Shown one piece after another: positions 34,138-45,621 of a stretch of 64,000 nt of DNA. The DNA lies in NCBI GenBank assembly GCA_963713605.1, contig CAVQMO010000001.1:992001-1056000 (forward strand), read 5' to 3'. The position numbers were made by a program, and so were the translations under genes. The number at the start of each line of letters is the position of its first letter. Position 1 is the stretch's first letter. The DNA comes from an uncultured Nitrososphaerales archaeon (GTDB lineage Archaea > Thermoproteota > Nitrososphaeria > Nitrososphaerales > Nitrososphaeraceae). Under the pieces are notes generated by a model, which was given only the letters and a program-made list of their open reading frames with translations, searched no databases and was not told where the DNA came from.

Positions 34138-36342
34138 TCATATCCTGACATCGGTCAACATGCTCTCAAGAGAATTGTTATAAGCGAGCTTTAATTTTTC
34201 TAAGTGCAAGTTAGCTGAGGATTTGTTGTCCACCACGATATTGAACAGTGTCATTCGATGAATCAGTCTGTATTGCCTATCTTATTGCAATGGACATGGC
34301 TCTTGATATCTCCTAATATTTCAATCAAGTCCTTTGGTCTTTCAGTTGCAACCACATAACGAGAATTGGATTCGGAAAACATAAGGCTGTCTATTCTATT
34401 ACAAGTATTAGATGCCAACGAAATGTCTATATCAAAACCCGTATTTCCATTTATGGCCATCTCAGCCAGGGCTATTGCTATGCCACCCTTGGAGCAATCA
34501 TGAACACGCTTCACAACACCGCTAGATATAAGATTAGAAACTGCCAAAGCGTTTCTCTTGTCCTCGGCTAAGTCGAGCTTGGGAATGTTTCCGCTATCGT
34601 TCTTGTGATACGATAAATAATATTCTGATCCACCCAACTCTTCTTTTGTCTGGCCAATTAAAAATATACTACATCGCGGGTCTAGTCGAGGTCTGGATAC
34701 CTTTTCTAGATTGTGCCCTATACCTATCGCGCCTATTACCGGAGAAGGTTTTATGGGTAAACCATTTTTCTCATTATAAAAACTTACTTTCCCACCTACC
34801 ACAGGTAGAGTAAAGAAATTACAATAGTCCTTAACTGCTGCCACCGCTTGCTGGAATGTCCAGAAGACTTCAGGGTTTTCTGGGCTCCCAAATTGTAAGT
34901 GGTCGATTATCCCTACAGGGGAAGCGCCAGAACAGATCACATTACGAACAGCTTCTGATATACATCCAAGTGTTCCTTGGTATGGGTCGAAATAACATCG
35001 TCTGCTGTTACCATCCATAGAAATTGCAACATATTTTCCGTTACCCAACCGCAGAACTGAAGAGTCGCCTTCTCCTGGTTTTAACACAGTCCGTAACCCA
35101 ACCTCAGAATCGTATTGTTTATAAATCCAGGAACGATTGCAAACGTTAGGGCTACGCAGTAAATCTAGCAAGATTGAGCCAAGGTTCTTTGGTAGATCTA
35201 GTCTAGTAGAATGTTTCCTTATCAAATAAGATGGACGTGTCGATTTTCTGTTCAAAAGTGGGGCACATGTCACAATATTTGCTGGAATGTCCGCTATTAC
35301 TTCTGATTTATACCTAATCTTGATCTTACGACCAGGACAAACTTTTCCAATAATGGAATAGCCCATTTCGTATTTGGCAAATATTTTTTCTAGCGATTCT
35401 CTATTTTCCTTATCCACAATCAAAAGCATTCTTTCTTGAGATTCGGAGATCAAAATTTCTGTCGGACTCATTCCTTCTGCTCGGATTTTAACACAAGAAA
35501 GGTCGACGTCAAAGCCCTTCCCCAAATTGTGGGAAGTTTCTGACAGGCAACATGCGAGACCGCCTCCGCCTAAATCTTTCATTGCTTTAATATATCTATT
35601 CTCAGTTGCCTCCAAGATTGCTTCCATGAGTATCTTTTTTAGAAAAGGATCGGGTATCTGGACTGCTGATCTGTTTTCCTGAACTAACCCAGCAGACGCA
35701 AATGCCGCTCCGTGAATTCCGTCTCTGCCTGTAGACCCGCCTACCAGAAAAAGCAGGTCTCCGATGTCCGCGAAATTCGCAATCATTTCATTTGTCTTAC
35801 TTAGGCCTATACATACCACATCAACCAGACAATAGTTATTGAAGGAGTTATCAAACTCGAGCTCTCCGCCTATGGTCGGAACTCCTATACAGTTGCCGTA
35901 ATCTGAAATACCTCGTACTACATTACGGAGAAGCCAACGTGTATGTTGATTCACCTTTGTGTCGTTACCATTTATGTCTCCGAAACGAAGTCCGTTCATA
36001 AGCGCTATAGGTCTGGTCCCTACCGACAATATGTCTCGAACCACACCGCCAACACCTGTTGCTGCGCCTCCATACGGTTCAATAGCAGAGGGATGGTTAT
36101 GACTTTCAATGCGAACTGTTAGAACAAGATTATCGTCAACTTCGATAATCCCTGCATCAAAGCCGCTATCGATCCCGATTCGGGATCCTGATACAGGCAG
36201 GCGTGAAATATACTTCTTTGACGATTTGTAAGAACAATGCTCGGACCATTCAGGCAGCGACCATTTGCAATTCAGTTTCCGTTGGGTGCCGCTTCAAAGA
36301 TTTTTTCAAGTGTGAGAATTCAGCTTTTGTCAGTGCACTCAA
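34138..36342 (-). CDS. purL: Phosphoribosylformylglycinamidine synthase subunit PurL (several frameshifts)
   Basis: WSEHCSYKSS, ESHNHPS, GRDGIHGA, SESQERM, GGKVSFYN. Confidence 0.95.
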
Positions 36343-36360
36343 TTCTTACACCACAGACCT

Positions 36361-37057
36361 TTACGTCGTTTGTGTATCACCCAAATAATGCACCAGTGAT
36401 TGGAAAATTGTTGAACCATCTATGCTATCGGCCACCGGTGACAATACTCGTTCGGAAGCTCTCTCAGGATGAGGCATCATCCCTACTACGTTTCCTTCAG
36501 GATTGCATATTGCTGCAATCGACTCAATTGATCCATTTGGATTTTCATTCAAAAAGCTCAACACTATTTGATTCTTTTTGTCTTAACTCCTTTATGGTCA
36601 CACCATCTGCTACATACCGGCCCTCACCGTGGGCGATTGGTATCCTTATCTTCTGATTTTTTCGGAACAAATTTGTAAATGGAGTCGTGGCATTCCTAAC
36701 TCTAGCATCAACCCATTTACATACGAAGCTCAAATGTTCATTTTTCACTAAAGCTCCAGGAAGTAAACCTGATTCAATCAATATCTGAAATCCATTGCAA
36801 ATGCCCAATACTGGAACGCCATCCTTTGCTATCTTCTTCACCTCGTGGATTATAGGGCTGTGAGCTGCGATTACTCCAGCTCTTAGCCTGTCTCCATAAG
36901 AGAACCCCCCCGGAAGTACCAGTCCGGAAAAGCCCTCCAACGTTTGTCTGTTATGCCAAATGTATTCGGTTTCTAGATGCATTACTTCAGATAATACGTG
37001 AAACACATCTCGATCACAATTTGTGCCAGGAAATACAATGACACCGATTTTTTTCAT
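36361..37057 (-). CDS. purQ: FGAM synthase glutaminase subunit (frameshift near 36555)
   Basis: [35 protein letters not shown]. Confidence 0.95.
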
Positions 37058-37373
37058 CGTCGGGTTTGTTATTGACTATCTAGTTACGGTTATTTAATGT
37101 GTACTCCTTCTCGTTATCACTTTAGGATGGATATTATGGCATTAGAAATTCTTTTCTACTTTTACGAATCTCGGTTACACTAACCCACAAATAGGCACCA
37201 AATTTCTTGTCAGGTGGTTTCAATGGATCCGTTATTGAGTAGGCAGGTCAGATACTATTATGAAGAGCTTCTTGGGCTAGGAAAATGAGTAATAAGCAAA
37301 GCATTCCTAACCTTGGAATCAACATTTCGGAATATTCTGGAATTTAGAATAAGCTTAGCGGAAAAAGATGGGC

Positions 37374-37667
37374 TCAACCTTTCGAGGAAGATGATGTAAC
37401 TGTGACAACACATTTACTAACGACAGGATTATAGAGCCTTAATTCAGTACATATTTTCAAAACCATTTTCTTGGCTTGTTCTTCAGTTCTTGATTTAACC
37501 AACATATTTACGGTTTTCGAACACCTCACTTCTTCAACTTCACCAAAACCTCCTTTTAGGATTAGATCTTTCAAGATAGTTTCTCCTTCAGGATCGGGGA
37601 GATATTTCTTATTTGCTATCGACACTAGTACTGAGTATTTCTTCTTAGCATTATTGACTTTATTCAT
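37374..37667 (-). CDS. purS: FGAM synthase subunit PurS
   Basis: DPEGETI, LYNPV; upstream of purQ/purL. Confidence 0.88.
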   Translation of the reverse strand: MNKVNNAKKKYSVLVSIANKKYLPDPEGETILKDLILKGGFGEVEEVRCSKTVNMLVKSRTEEQAKKMVLKICTELRLYNPVVSKCVVTVTSSSSKG

Positions 37668-37771
37668 GTCTCATCTCCAGAAGAAAAAACAATAATGCTC
37701 GATGGCAACCTCGGATAATTCTGAAGAACAACTTATTAAATACCTATTGACTAGGTTCACCTAAAAGTACT

Positions 37772-37844
37772 GGTCATGTAGTCAGCTTGGTAGAGCGAAG
37801 GTTTTGTAAACCTTAGGTCGTGGGTTCAAGTCCCACCATGACCT
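37772..37844 (+). tRNA. tRNA-Thr(TGT), atypical (G2-C71; D-stem one base short)
   Basis: GGTCATG/CATGACC acceptor, AAGGT-TTTGTAA-ACCTT, GTGGG-TTCAAGT-CCCAC, T73. Confidence 0.75.
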
Positions 37845-37911
37845 CCTTGCGCCTATAATTTGCTGAAGTAAGTATAAATTGGAATGCTAAGTCTAGCTGA
37901 GGATCAGAACT

Positions 37912-38752
37912 ATGCGCCTTTTGCGCGAGGGCAAGGTTAAAAATATTTTCCAACTGGAGAATGGAAATTTGTTATTGAGATTTAGCGATAGAGTATCAGC
38001 ATTCGACATAAAATTTGAACAGAGAATTCCCAATAAGGGCAAGGTATTATGTAAGTTCGCGAACTTCTGGTTCAATAAGTTGGATGTTGCCAGTCATTTC
38101 ATAGCTATGAGACTAGAAAATGCAATAGAAGTTAGGAGACTATCAATGATTCCGTATGAATTCATCGTTCGCGGTTATTACTATGGATCTATGTTGGAAA
38201 GGTATACTTCAGAAAGCGACTTCAAATCCCTTTTTGGAACGAATTTAACTCTAAAGAAGGCGGCGAAGCTACCATATCCGGTCTTTGAGATAACAACTAA
38301 ATCCGAACAGCATGATGTTCCAGTAGAACGAGACGAGGTCCTAGAATCGGGTATTTTAAGGGGTGGTACTCTTAAGGAGATAGAAGATCTGTCATTAGCT
38401 ATTTACGACACCATGTGCTCCTTAGCAAAACAGTCGGGCTTCTTGATTGCTGACGTCAAACTAGAGTTTGGTTTCGATGAACAGAGTAAGTTAACTCTTG
38501 CGGACTCCATAGGGCCTGATGAGTCTAGAATCTGGCTTGAGAAAGACTACCAACCTGGTCAAACACAAGGAAGCTACGACAAACAGTCTGTTACGAGATT
38601 GGTTAATTGAAATAGGATTCAAACAAGAAATGCTTCGTTTGGCCCCGAGAGGCGAATCCCCTAAGCCACCGAGAATCCCTGAATTTCTAATCAATGAAAT
38701 GAGCGATCGATACATCTACGTATACGAAAAAATCACCGGCGAAAAAATATAG
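37912..38752 (+). CDS. purC: SAICAR synthase (frameshift near 38590)
   Basis: EGKVK, FSDRVSAFD, DVKLEFG, ADSIGPDESR, YDKQ. Confidence 0.95.
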
Positions 38753-38780
38753 CAAAATCAACTCATATTTCGCGCTCTTA

Positions 38781-39200
38781 CTACTCAACAATAATCTTTA
38801 GTTCGGCTACTGTGGCAGGGTTTTGTAGTTTCATTACCAATTCTCTTGGTAAATCGGAGGAAGCTTTGTTGCAAAGTACACACAGGGTCCGAGGGCACAC
38901 ATAGTTACTTTTCCTGATGACAATGTCGTGGTCGTGCGACAATGTTAAACGCTGATCTGTGAAACCACACATCCTAAAGGTCATCTCAGCTACAATAATT
39001 TCAATATTCACCCTCCTCCCGGTCTCGGACAATTTTGCCTTGAACTCCCTATCCAAATCGTTACACGCTTTGCTTGCAGAAACTCCAGCTATACAATCTC
39101 CTTTCGTGCTTAATGATATCGCTTTCGTAATTTCTATCGTCTTGTTGTGGAAGCACCGAATGTTCCTATGACCTAAAAAAGCAACCCTCTCCTCATTCAT
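38781..39200 (-). CDS. DUF371-domain protein
   Basis: GHRNI...H..TIEITK, GDCI, VIRKS, KASSDL. Confidence 0.85.
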   Translation of the reverse strand: MNEERVAFLGHRNIRCFHNKTIEITKAISLSTKGDCIAGVSASKACNDLDREFKAKLSETGRRVNIEIIVAEMTFRMCGFTDQRLTLSHDHDIVIRKSNYVCPRTLCVLCNKASSDLPRELVMKLQNPATVAELKIIVE

Positions 39201-39280
39201 AAAGCAATTTTTGCCTGCGTGATCATATTAGCGACCCAAGGTAAATTTAAATTGAACTCATCTAAGTAGATCAGAATGAA

Positions 39281-40018
39281 TTGTTACCAGCAGCAGCGGG
39301 ATATGATAGAGCTATCACAGTTTTCTCTCCTGATGGGAGGCTTTACCAGGTAGAATATGCAATTGAGACAGTTAGAAGAGGCACTCTTGCAGTTGGATTG
39401 AAGTACAAGGGAGGGGTCATCCTAGCAGTCGAAGAAAAGACACGAAAATTACAAATTTCGAATGTTACCCAGAAAATATTTCAAGTTGATGATCACATAG
39501 GAGTCGCTGCAGCGGGTTATATTCCAGACGCAAGATCACAGGTTGATCATGCGAGATTTTTTGCACAAAGTAACAGGTTGATTTACGATGAACCTGTTGA
39601 TGTTGAGGGCGTTGCTAAGAATATTGCAGACATGGCGCAACAATTTACACAATATGCCGGTGTAAGGCCTTTTGGAGTGGCCCTAATTCTGGCGGGGGTA
39701 GACGAAACTGGTGCGTCACTATATTTGACTGACCCTAGCGGAACCTACATTGGCTACGATGCTGTGGCAATTGGAGCAGGAAGCGATCAGGTTACTGAAT
39801 ACCTGGAAAAAAGTTACAAAATGGACATTAGTCTAGAGGAATGTGGATCTTTAGCGATTGAGTCAATTTATTTGGTAAGCGAAGACAAGAACAGCACCAG
39901 AAATATCAAAATGGCTGTTATTGACACAAATACCAAGACTATGAGGAAGGTGCTTGATGAAGAACTCGAAAGCTATGCCAAATTAGCCAAGCAAAGAGAA
40001 ACTGCTAAGGGCCAGTGA
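39281..40018 (+). CDS. psmA: Proteasome subunit alpha
   Basis: YDRAITVFSPDGRLYQVEYA, RPFGV, DPSG. Confidence 0.97.
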   Translation: MLPAAAGYDRAITVFSPDGRLYQVEYAIETVRRGTLAVGLKYKGGVILAVEEKTRKLQISNVTQKIFQVDDHIGVAAAGYIPDARSQVDHARFFAQSNRLIYDEPVDVEGVAKNIADMAQQFTQYAGVRPFGVALILAGVDETGASLYLTDPSGTYIGYDAVAIGAGSDQVTEYLEKSYKMDISLEECGSLAIESIYLVSEDKNSTRNIKMAVIDTNTKTMRKVLDEELESYAKLAKQRETAKGQ

Positions 40019-40040
40019 ATTAACTAAAAAAGCCTTTGCA

Positions 40041-40709
40041 ATGATCTTGGATTCGCTTATAAAGAAAAACGCACCAAATTTAAAAATTGGCGAGTGGATT
40101 CAAGGTGTACCGACTAATATCGATAGAGAAATAGGTAAAGTCATTGTCGTTGAAGTCTTTCAGGTTAACTGCCCCGGTTGTTTCTTGTACGGCATACCTG
40201 AAGCTATTGCTGTTTATAATAATACTGACAAGAGCGAGGTAAAGGTGTTAGGAGTCTCTACGGCTTTTGAGGATTATGACAAGAATACGTTGAATAATTT
40301 GAGACTACTTCTAACTGAAGGTGAAGTAATCGGTGAAACATTGCGTGCTCTACGAATGTATGGCAGGCTAGAGAATGGAAAAAAGCTACCATATAAAATC
40401 CCATTTCCCGTCGGTATGGACGCCTTAATAAGAAGGTCTGGCAATGTTCAAGAAAGTCAGGTAAAAGGTTTTCTTGAAAAAAACGTAGAGGGTTATAAGG
40501 ACTACGGTGAAAAGGACAAACAGATGCTTTTTGATCGTGCAAAGCATTATCTTGTATCCAAGGATTTCACCGCCTCCACGTTTGAGGATTACAATCTCAA
40601 AGGAACCCCTTCCACTATCCTTATAGATCGAAATGGCTTGGTACGTGATATTGCCTTTGGTGCTGGCGAAGGACTACAATCCAAAGTCGACTTGTTACTA
40701 AAAGAATAG
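40041..40709 (+). CDS. TlpA-like redoxin (thioredoxin fold)
   Basis: FQVNCPGC, GTPSTILID. Confidence 0.8.
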   Translation: MILDSLIKKNAPNLKIGEWIQGVPTNIDREIGKVIVVEVFQVNCPGCFLYGIPEAIAVYNNTDKSEVKVLGVSTAFEDYDKNTLNNLRLLLTEGEVIGETLRALRMYGRLENGKKLPYKIPFPVGMDALIRRSGNVQESQVKGFLEKNVEGYKDYGEKDKQMLFDRAKHYLVSKDFTASTFEDYNLKGTPSTILIDRNGLVRDIAFGAGEGLQSKVDLLLKE

Positions 40710-41558
40710 ATGGAAGCTTCTTTCCCTTCGCTCTCTGTAGCGATCCCCGATTCATCGTTAATCGATTCGAAATCTCTCTTGGAAAAGAGTCTAAGAGTGG
40801 CCCAATTCGCCCGCGCTCTATCTATTTTTCGAGTAGAAAAAGTCTACGTGTATCGTGACATATCTACAACCGTTAAACCGGACGACTTCAAATTAATTAC
40901 GTTGCTTCTTGAATACTTGGACACACCTCAATATTTGAGGAAATTGCTATACCCTAAAATGAAATTGCTACAATTTGCTGGGATGCTACCCCCTATACAA
41001 TCTCCTCATCATAAGAAGTTCCGAAGGGCCTCTGAGATTCAAGGTGAAGAATCTCGAGCGGGGGTTCTACTGAGAGAAAGGGGTTCGTGGGTAGTAGATG
41101 TTGGTCTGGATCGGACCGTTCCTTTTGTAGGTCATACCGAAATTTCGAGAAAGGCAAATTTCAAGTTGCTGGTTAAAAAAGGACAATTGGTCGCCGAAGA
41201 GATTCATGGAAAAGTTAGTTACAGCGAGTACCGGGGCTATCATGTAATTAGTATCCATGCTCTTTCGGAAATCACAAAAAGGCTTTCTGATGTAAAATTC
41301 CTCATTACTTCGCGAAGGGGAAAACCGATATCCCTCATCATTCCGTCCCTCACTAAGAATTTCAAACACATTTCCGAGGTAATATTGGTTTTTGGTTCGC
41401 CACGAAATGACGTGTGGGAGATTGTAAACGAGATTGATGAAAATGTCGTTACTTCATCATTGGCTATCAATATGTTTCCGCTCCAAGGCACCAACACTGT
41501 ACGGTTGGAAGAGGCTTTGTTGGGCTCACTTGCTATAATTAATACCATTCGTCTTTGA
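40710..41558 (+). CDS. Putative SPOUT RNA methyltransferase (DUF171 type)
   Basis: SVAIP.S, EYLDTPQYLRK, FGSP, QGTNTVRLEEA; upstream of rpl3. Confidence 0.88.
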   Translation: MEASFPSLSVAIPDSSLIDSKSLLEKSLRVAQFARALSIFRVEKVYVYRDISTTVKPDDFKLITLLLEYLDTPQYLRKLLYPKMKLLQFAGMLPPIQSPHHKKFRRASEIQGEESRAGVLLRERGSWVVDVGLDRTVPFVGHTEISRKANFKLLVKKGQLVAEEIHGKVSYSEYRGYHVISIHALSEITKRLSDVKFLITSRRGKPISLIIPSLTKNFKHISEVILVFGSPRNDVWEIVNEIDENVVTSSLAINMFPLQGTNTVRLEEALLGSLAIINTIRL

Positions 41559-41645
41559 CTTACCAGTCGGCGAGCTCATGAGCCTCGAATTGTATGTGAA
41601 TTTATATAAATTTATTAAAGGGGTAGGAAGAGGGATGGTCTATCC

Positions 41646-42641
41646 ATGGGCCATAGAAAATATAGCTCTCCACGAAGGGGCAGTGTGGCATTCAGACCTA
41701 GAGCTAGAGCAAAAAGCCTAGAAGCTAGAGTTCGGAACTGGGCCCAAAGTACGGAGACTAAGCCCGTTCTTGGCGCATTTGCCGGGTTTAAGGTAGGAAT
41801 GTTGAGCATCGTCACTGTTGATGATCGAGACAGGACGCCCAACTTCGGCAAGCAGCTGGCAAACCCATCTACATTACTGGCGACTCCTCCATTGAATATT
41901 GTGGGCATACGAGGATATCGAGTCGATTATAGTGGTAGGCATGCATTGTTTGACATAGGATCTCGAGACACAGTTAAGGATCACAAAAAAAAGGTTCAGC
42001 AGGGTTCCTTGGAAGAGGCGATGAGTAAGGCAGAAGGTTATCTCAATAATGTTAGTCGTGTATATGTATTGGTATCAGTCTTTCCTAAAGACGCTGGATT
42101 ATCCCAAAAGAAACCCTATACTTTTGAAATCCAGCTTACGGGCGGCGATACAAAGCAAAACTTCGACTACGCAAAATCGATTATAGGTAAGAAGTTAAAA
42201 GTGAGCGATATATTTCGAACAGGTCAATCGATAGATGTTGCCGGTATTACACGGGGAAAAGGCGTGGAAGGTCCGATTACTCGGTTTGGAGTCAAGAGAA
42301 AGCAGCACAAATCGAGAAAAAGTGTTCGTGCTGTGGGGACACTTGGTCCCATATCTCCAGCAGTTGTGATGTTTACCGTCCCAAGACAGGGTCAACGGGG
42401 CTTTCATCAAAGGATCGAATATAATAAGAGGATATTGTTAATTGGAAACACCTCTGAAGAAGGACTTGACATCAACCGGAAAGGAGGGTTCAAGCACTTC
42501 GGAGCATTAAATGGTGATTTTATAGTTGTTAGGGGTTCTATCCCCGGAGTTCCAAAAAGACTAGTAAAGCTGAGAATGCCAATTAGGCAAAAGAATGCGA
42601 AAATTATCGAACCTAAAATCGTAGAAGTGGTGGTCAAGTAG
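41646..42641 (+). CDS. rpl3: 50S ribosomal protein L3
   Basis: SPRRGS..F.PR, GFKVGM, GKG.EGP..RFG, GFHQR.E.NK. Confidence 0.97.
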   Translation: MGHRKYSSPRRGSVAFRPRARAKSLEARVRNWAQSTETKPVLGAFAGFKVGMLSIVTVDDRDRTPNFGKQLANPSTLLATPPLNIVGIRGYRVDYSGRHALFDIGSRDTVKDHKKKVQQGSLEEAMSKAEGYLNNVSRVYVLVSVFPKDAGLSQKKPYTFEIQLTGGDTKQNFDYAKSIIGKKLKVSDIFRTGQSIDVAGITRGKGVEGPITRFGVKRKQHKSRKSVRAVGTLGPISPAVVMFTVPRQGQRGFHQRIEYNKRILLIGNTSEEGLDINRKGGFKHFGALNGDFIVVRGSIPGVPKRLVKLRMPIRQKNAKIIEPKIVEVVVK

Positions 42642-42642
42642 C

Positions 42643-43449
42643 TTGAAGGCTAAAGTATTAGATCTGGATCGTAGTAATATAGGATCGATAGATTTACCAC
42701 AGGTCTTTCTTACACCATATCATCCTGCAGTTATACACAAAACGTACGTCAGCTTACTCTCGCATTCATTTCAAGCTCAGGGTAGGTATCCCCTTGCAGG
42801 TGAAGTTGTTAGTGCCGAGTCTCGCAATACTGGTTTAGGGATTGCGAGGATTGCAAGGGCGAGGGGACAGGGGTTTCCCAGAGCTGGTCAAGCCGCGGGG
42901 GTTGCAGGGGTAAGACATGGAAGAGTTGCACATCCTCCAGTTTCCTTCAGGAGAGTATACAAGAAGATTAATAAAAAAGAGAAAATCCTAGCACTTTGTT
43001 CTGCAATTGCCGCAACATCAAGGCGTGATCTCGTAAAACGGCGTGGACACGAGCTTCAGGATAGTCTCGAACTACCTCTAATTGTTTCAAATAAGATTGA
43101 ATCAATAGACAAGGCAAATGATCTTAATAATGCATTGATAAAATTGGGCCTGGAGGCTGATTTGGAACGTGCCAAGTCGAAGAGCCGAACGGTGCGCGGA
43201 ACTTCAAGAAGACATGGTAGATCTTCTGGCGTGAGTGTTCTGTTAGTAGTATCTAGGAACAGTAACATCATGAAACTCGCAAGGTCTTTGGCAGGAGTTG
43301 ATGTGAAAGCTGTGAATAATTTGAATGTTATCGACCTATTGCCTGGATCCAAACCAATAAGACTGACAATGTATTCACAGAATGCAGTTGATGCGCTAGT
43401 AAAGTTTAACGGATTCCGCACAAACTTGGAGAGGAAACTGAATGAGTAA
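42643..43449 (+). CDS. rpl4: 50S ribosomal protein L4
   Basis: SAES..TG.GIARI, GRVAHPP, KINKKE. Confidence 0.96.
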   Translation: MKAKVLDLDRSNIGSIDLPQVFLTPYHPAVIHKTYVSLLSHSFQAQGRYPLAGEVVSAESRNTGLGIARIARARGQGFPRAGQAAGVAGVRHGRVAHPPVSFRRVYKKINKKEKILALCSAIAATSRRDLVKRRGHELQDSLELPLIVSNKIESIDKANDLNNALIKLGLEADLERAKSKSRTVRGTSRRHGRSSGVSVLLVVSRNSNIMKLARSLAGVDVKAVNNLNVIDLLPGSKPIRLTMYSQNAVDALVKFNGFRTNLERKLNE

Positions 43450-43738
43450 AGATGTACCTGCAAAGGCTCAGCTCTCAATAGAAGACGCTAGGTCGGTTCT
43501 CATTCAACCATACATTACCGAGAAAACGTTCAATATGATCGAAAAGGAGAACAAATTGGTTTTCATCGTTAGAGAAAGGAGTACAAAGCGATCGATAAGG
43601 GAAGCTATGAATGTCTTGTACGACGCCGATGTGGTAGACATTAACACAGCAAGAACGATCAGAGGTAAGAAGGCTGCCGTAAAGTTCAGCGATCCAAATG
43701 GAGCAAGGGATTTAGCTACGACGTTGGGCTTGGTGTAG
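43442..43738 (+). CDS. rpl23: 50S ribosomal protein L23
   Basis: PYITEK, ENKLVF, GKKA.VK. Confidence 0.95.
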   Translation: MSKDVPAKAQLSIEDARSVLIQPYITEKTFNMIEKENKLVFIVRERSTKRSIREAMNVLYDADVVDINTARTIRGKKAAVKFSDPNGARDLATTLGLV

Positions 43739-43793
43739 GTTCTGTCAGTTCAGTTAGGGTCATTTCCCAGTACGTTTAAAAGTGGAATAAATC

Positions 43794-44219
43794 ATGCAGA
43801 CGGTGATATACGTGGTTAGAGAGTTTAAGTTTAAAGGTTATCTATCTGAACAGCTGCAGGCATTACCTATAGAATCACTTTTGCCACTTTTGAACTCAAG
43901 ACAGAGGCGATCTTTGGATAAAAGAGTGGGCAAATTCATGACCGATGAAAAGAGAAAACTCCGCGAAGAGATTAAGCGAAATAGGGAAGGAAAGTCGACT
44001 GACGAGATAAAAACCCACCTTAGAGATATGATTATTCTTCCGGATATGATCGGAGTGACTATTAAAGTCCATAATGGAAAGGAATTCATTCCAGTAAGTA
44101 TAAGACCAGAGATGGTTGGCCATTACGTAGGTGAGTACTCTATCACTAACAAACGCGTTCAGCACGGAGCTCCTGGAGTAGGTTCATCAAGATCGAGTCT
44201 ATACGTCCCCCTAAAGTGA
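43794..44219 (+). CDS. rps19: 30S ribosomal protein S19
   Basis: KTHLRDMIILP, HNGKEF, GHYVGE, VPLK. Confidence 0.96.
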   Translation: MQTVIYVVREFKFKGYLSEQLQALPIESLLPLLNSRQRRSLDKRVGKFMTDEKRKLREEIKRNREGKSTDEIKTHLRDMIILPDMIGVTIKVHNGKEFIPVSIRPEMVGHYVGEYSITNKRVQHGAPGVGSSRSSLYVPLK

Positions 44220-44226
44220 ATGTATT

Positions 44227-44701
44227 ATGCCAGAGTATGGATATGCTGTAGAAAATTTCGACAAGTCAAGACACGTAAGAGCCTCTATAAGGGACAAGTC
44301 TGCCTCGCATAAGCATGCTAGAGAGGTAGCAGTAGCTATTAGAGGAATGTCGATTGAAAAAGCGCGCCTATTTCTTGAAGATGTGATTGGCAGGAAAATA
44401 GCTGTGCCATACAGAAGATACAATAACGAAGTTGCTCATAGATTTAATATCCGTGATGGCTTTTGCTCAGGTCGATATCCTAAGAAGTGGCCAAAGAAGT
44501 GTTGAAGTTGTTGGACAATTTGGAGGCAAATGCTGAATATAAGGGGATGGATTTGGATGCTTTGAAGATCACAAGTACCGTAGTACATAAAAGTACAAGA
44601 TCAAGAGATTTACTCCTAGAGCTATGGGAAGATCTAGTCCCAAGTACGATACATTGATACATTTTGAGATAGTTGCACAGGAAAAGAGGGTTCATGAATG
44701 A
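44227..44701 (+). CDS. rpl22: 50S ribosomal protein L22 (2 frameshifts)
   Basis: SHKHARE, VPYRRYN, GRYP; NAEYKG and PRAMGR in the shifted frames. Confidence 0.93.
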
Positions 44702-45421
44702 GTGCTATCAATAATGTAATGAAAAATAATTTTAGAAATCTCGAGTTAGACGAGTTTCTTTCGGAAACTCTAAGAGATGCAGGATATGGACGCGTAGATG
44801 TGCAAAAGACGCCAATAGGAACAAGAATCACCTTAAGTGTTACTCGTCCGGGATTAGTGATTGGAAGGAAAGGCACTGGGATAAAAGATTTAACATCAAA
44901 GTTGGAACAAAAATTTGGTTTGTCCAACCCTCAGATCTCTGTCGTTGAACTCGAGGCTCCGGAGCTGAACCCTAAGATTATGTGTAATAGAATCGCACAA
45001 TTGATTGAAAGAGGAACTGCATTCAGAAGGGCCGCAATATGGACAAATAACACGATAATGAATGCAGGTGCTTTAGGCGTTGAGATTACCGTAGCAGGTA
45101 AGCTGAGAAGTGAAAGAGCCCACTTCGAAAAGCACGCTGTAGGTCTAGTACCAAAGAGTGGTGATGTAGGCTAACAAGGTGGTGAGACATGGAGTCACTC
45201 ATGTGCTTACAAAGATGGGATTGATGGGCATACAGTTGAAGATAGCGCTTAAAAACGAAATGCCAAAGGAGTTCGAGATGATAGATTCCGAAACTTCACT
45301 TGTTACTGACAAAACGACGGAAATCCAGAAGCAGGAAAGTACAGTGCAAGCTGGAGGTGAAGACAAAAAGACCGTTGAGGGAAATGTATCTGTAGCGGCG
45401 GAAGGAAAAAACGATGGGTAG
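44698..45421 (+). CDS. rps3: 30S ribosomal protein S3 (one extra G near 45170)
   Basis: KTPIGT, RPGLVIGRKG, FRRA, GKL..ERA, GLMGI. Confidence 0.95.
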
Positions 45422-45621
45422 AATTAAGCTAAAGGTATTACGCGAAATGAACGATAGGGATCTTACAGAGAAACTGGATGAACTAACTTCTGAGTGTAAC
45501 AAAGCTGAGATCTGAGGGTGCGAAAGGCACATTAAAGAAGGAAACAGCGAGTATCAGATGGACCAGGAGGGATATTGCGAGAATCAATACGATACTCACA
45601 GAGAGGGTCGAAAACCATTGA
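45414..45621 (+). CDS. rpl29: 50S ribosomal protein L29 (frameshift near 45495)
   Basis: MGRIKLKVLREM...RRDIARINTIL; operon position. Confidence 0.88.
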
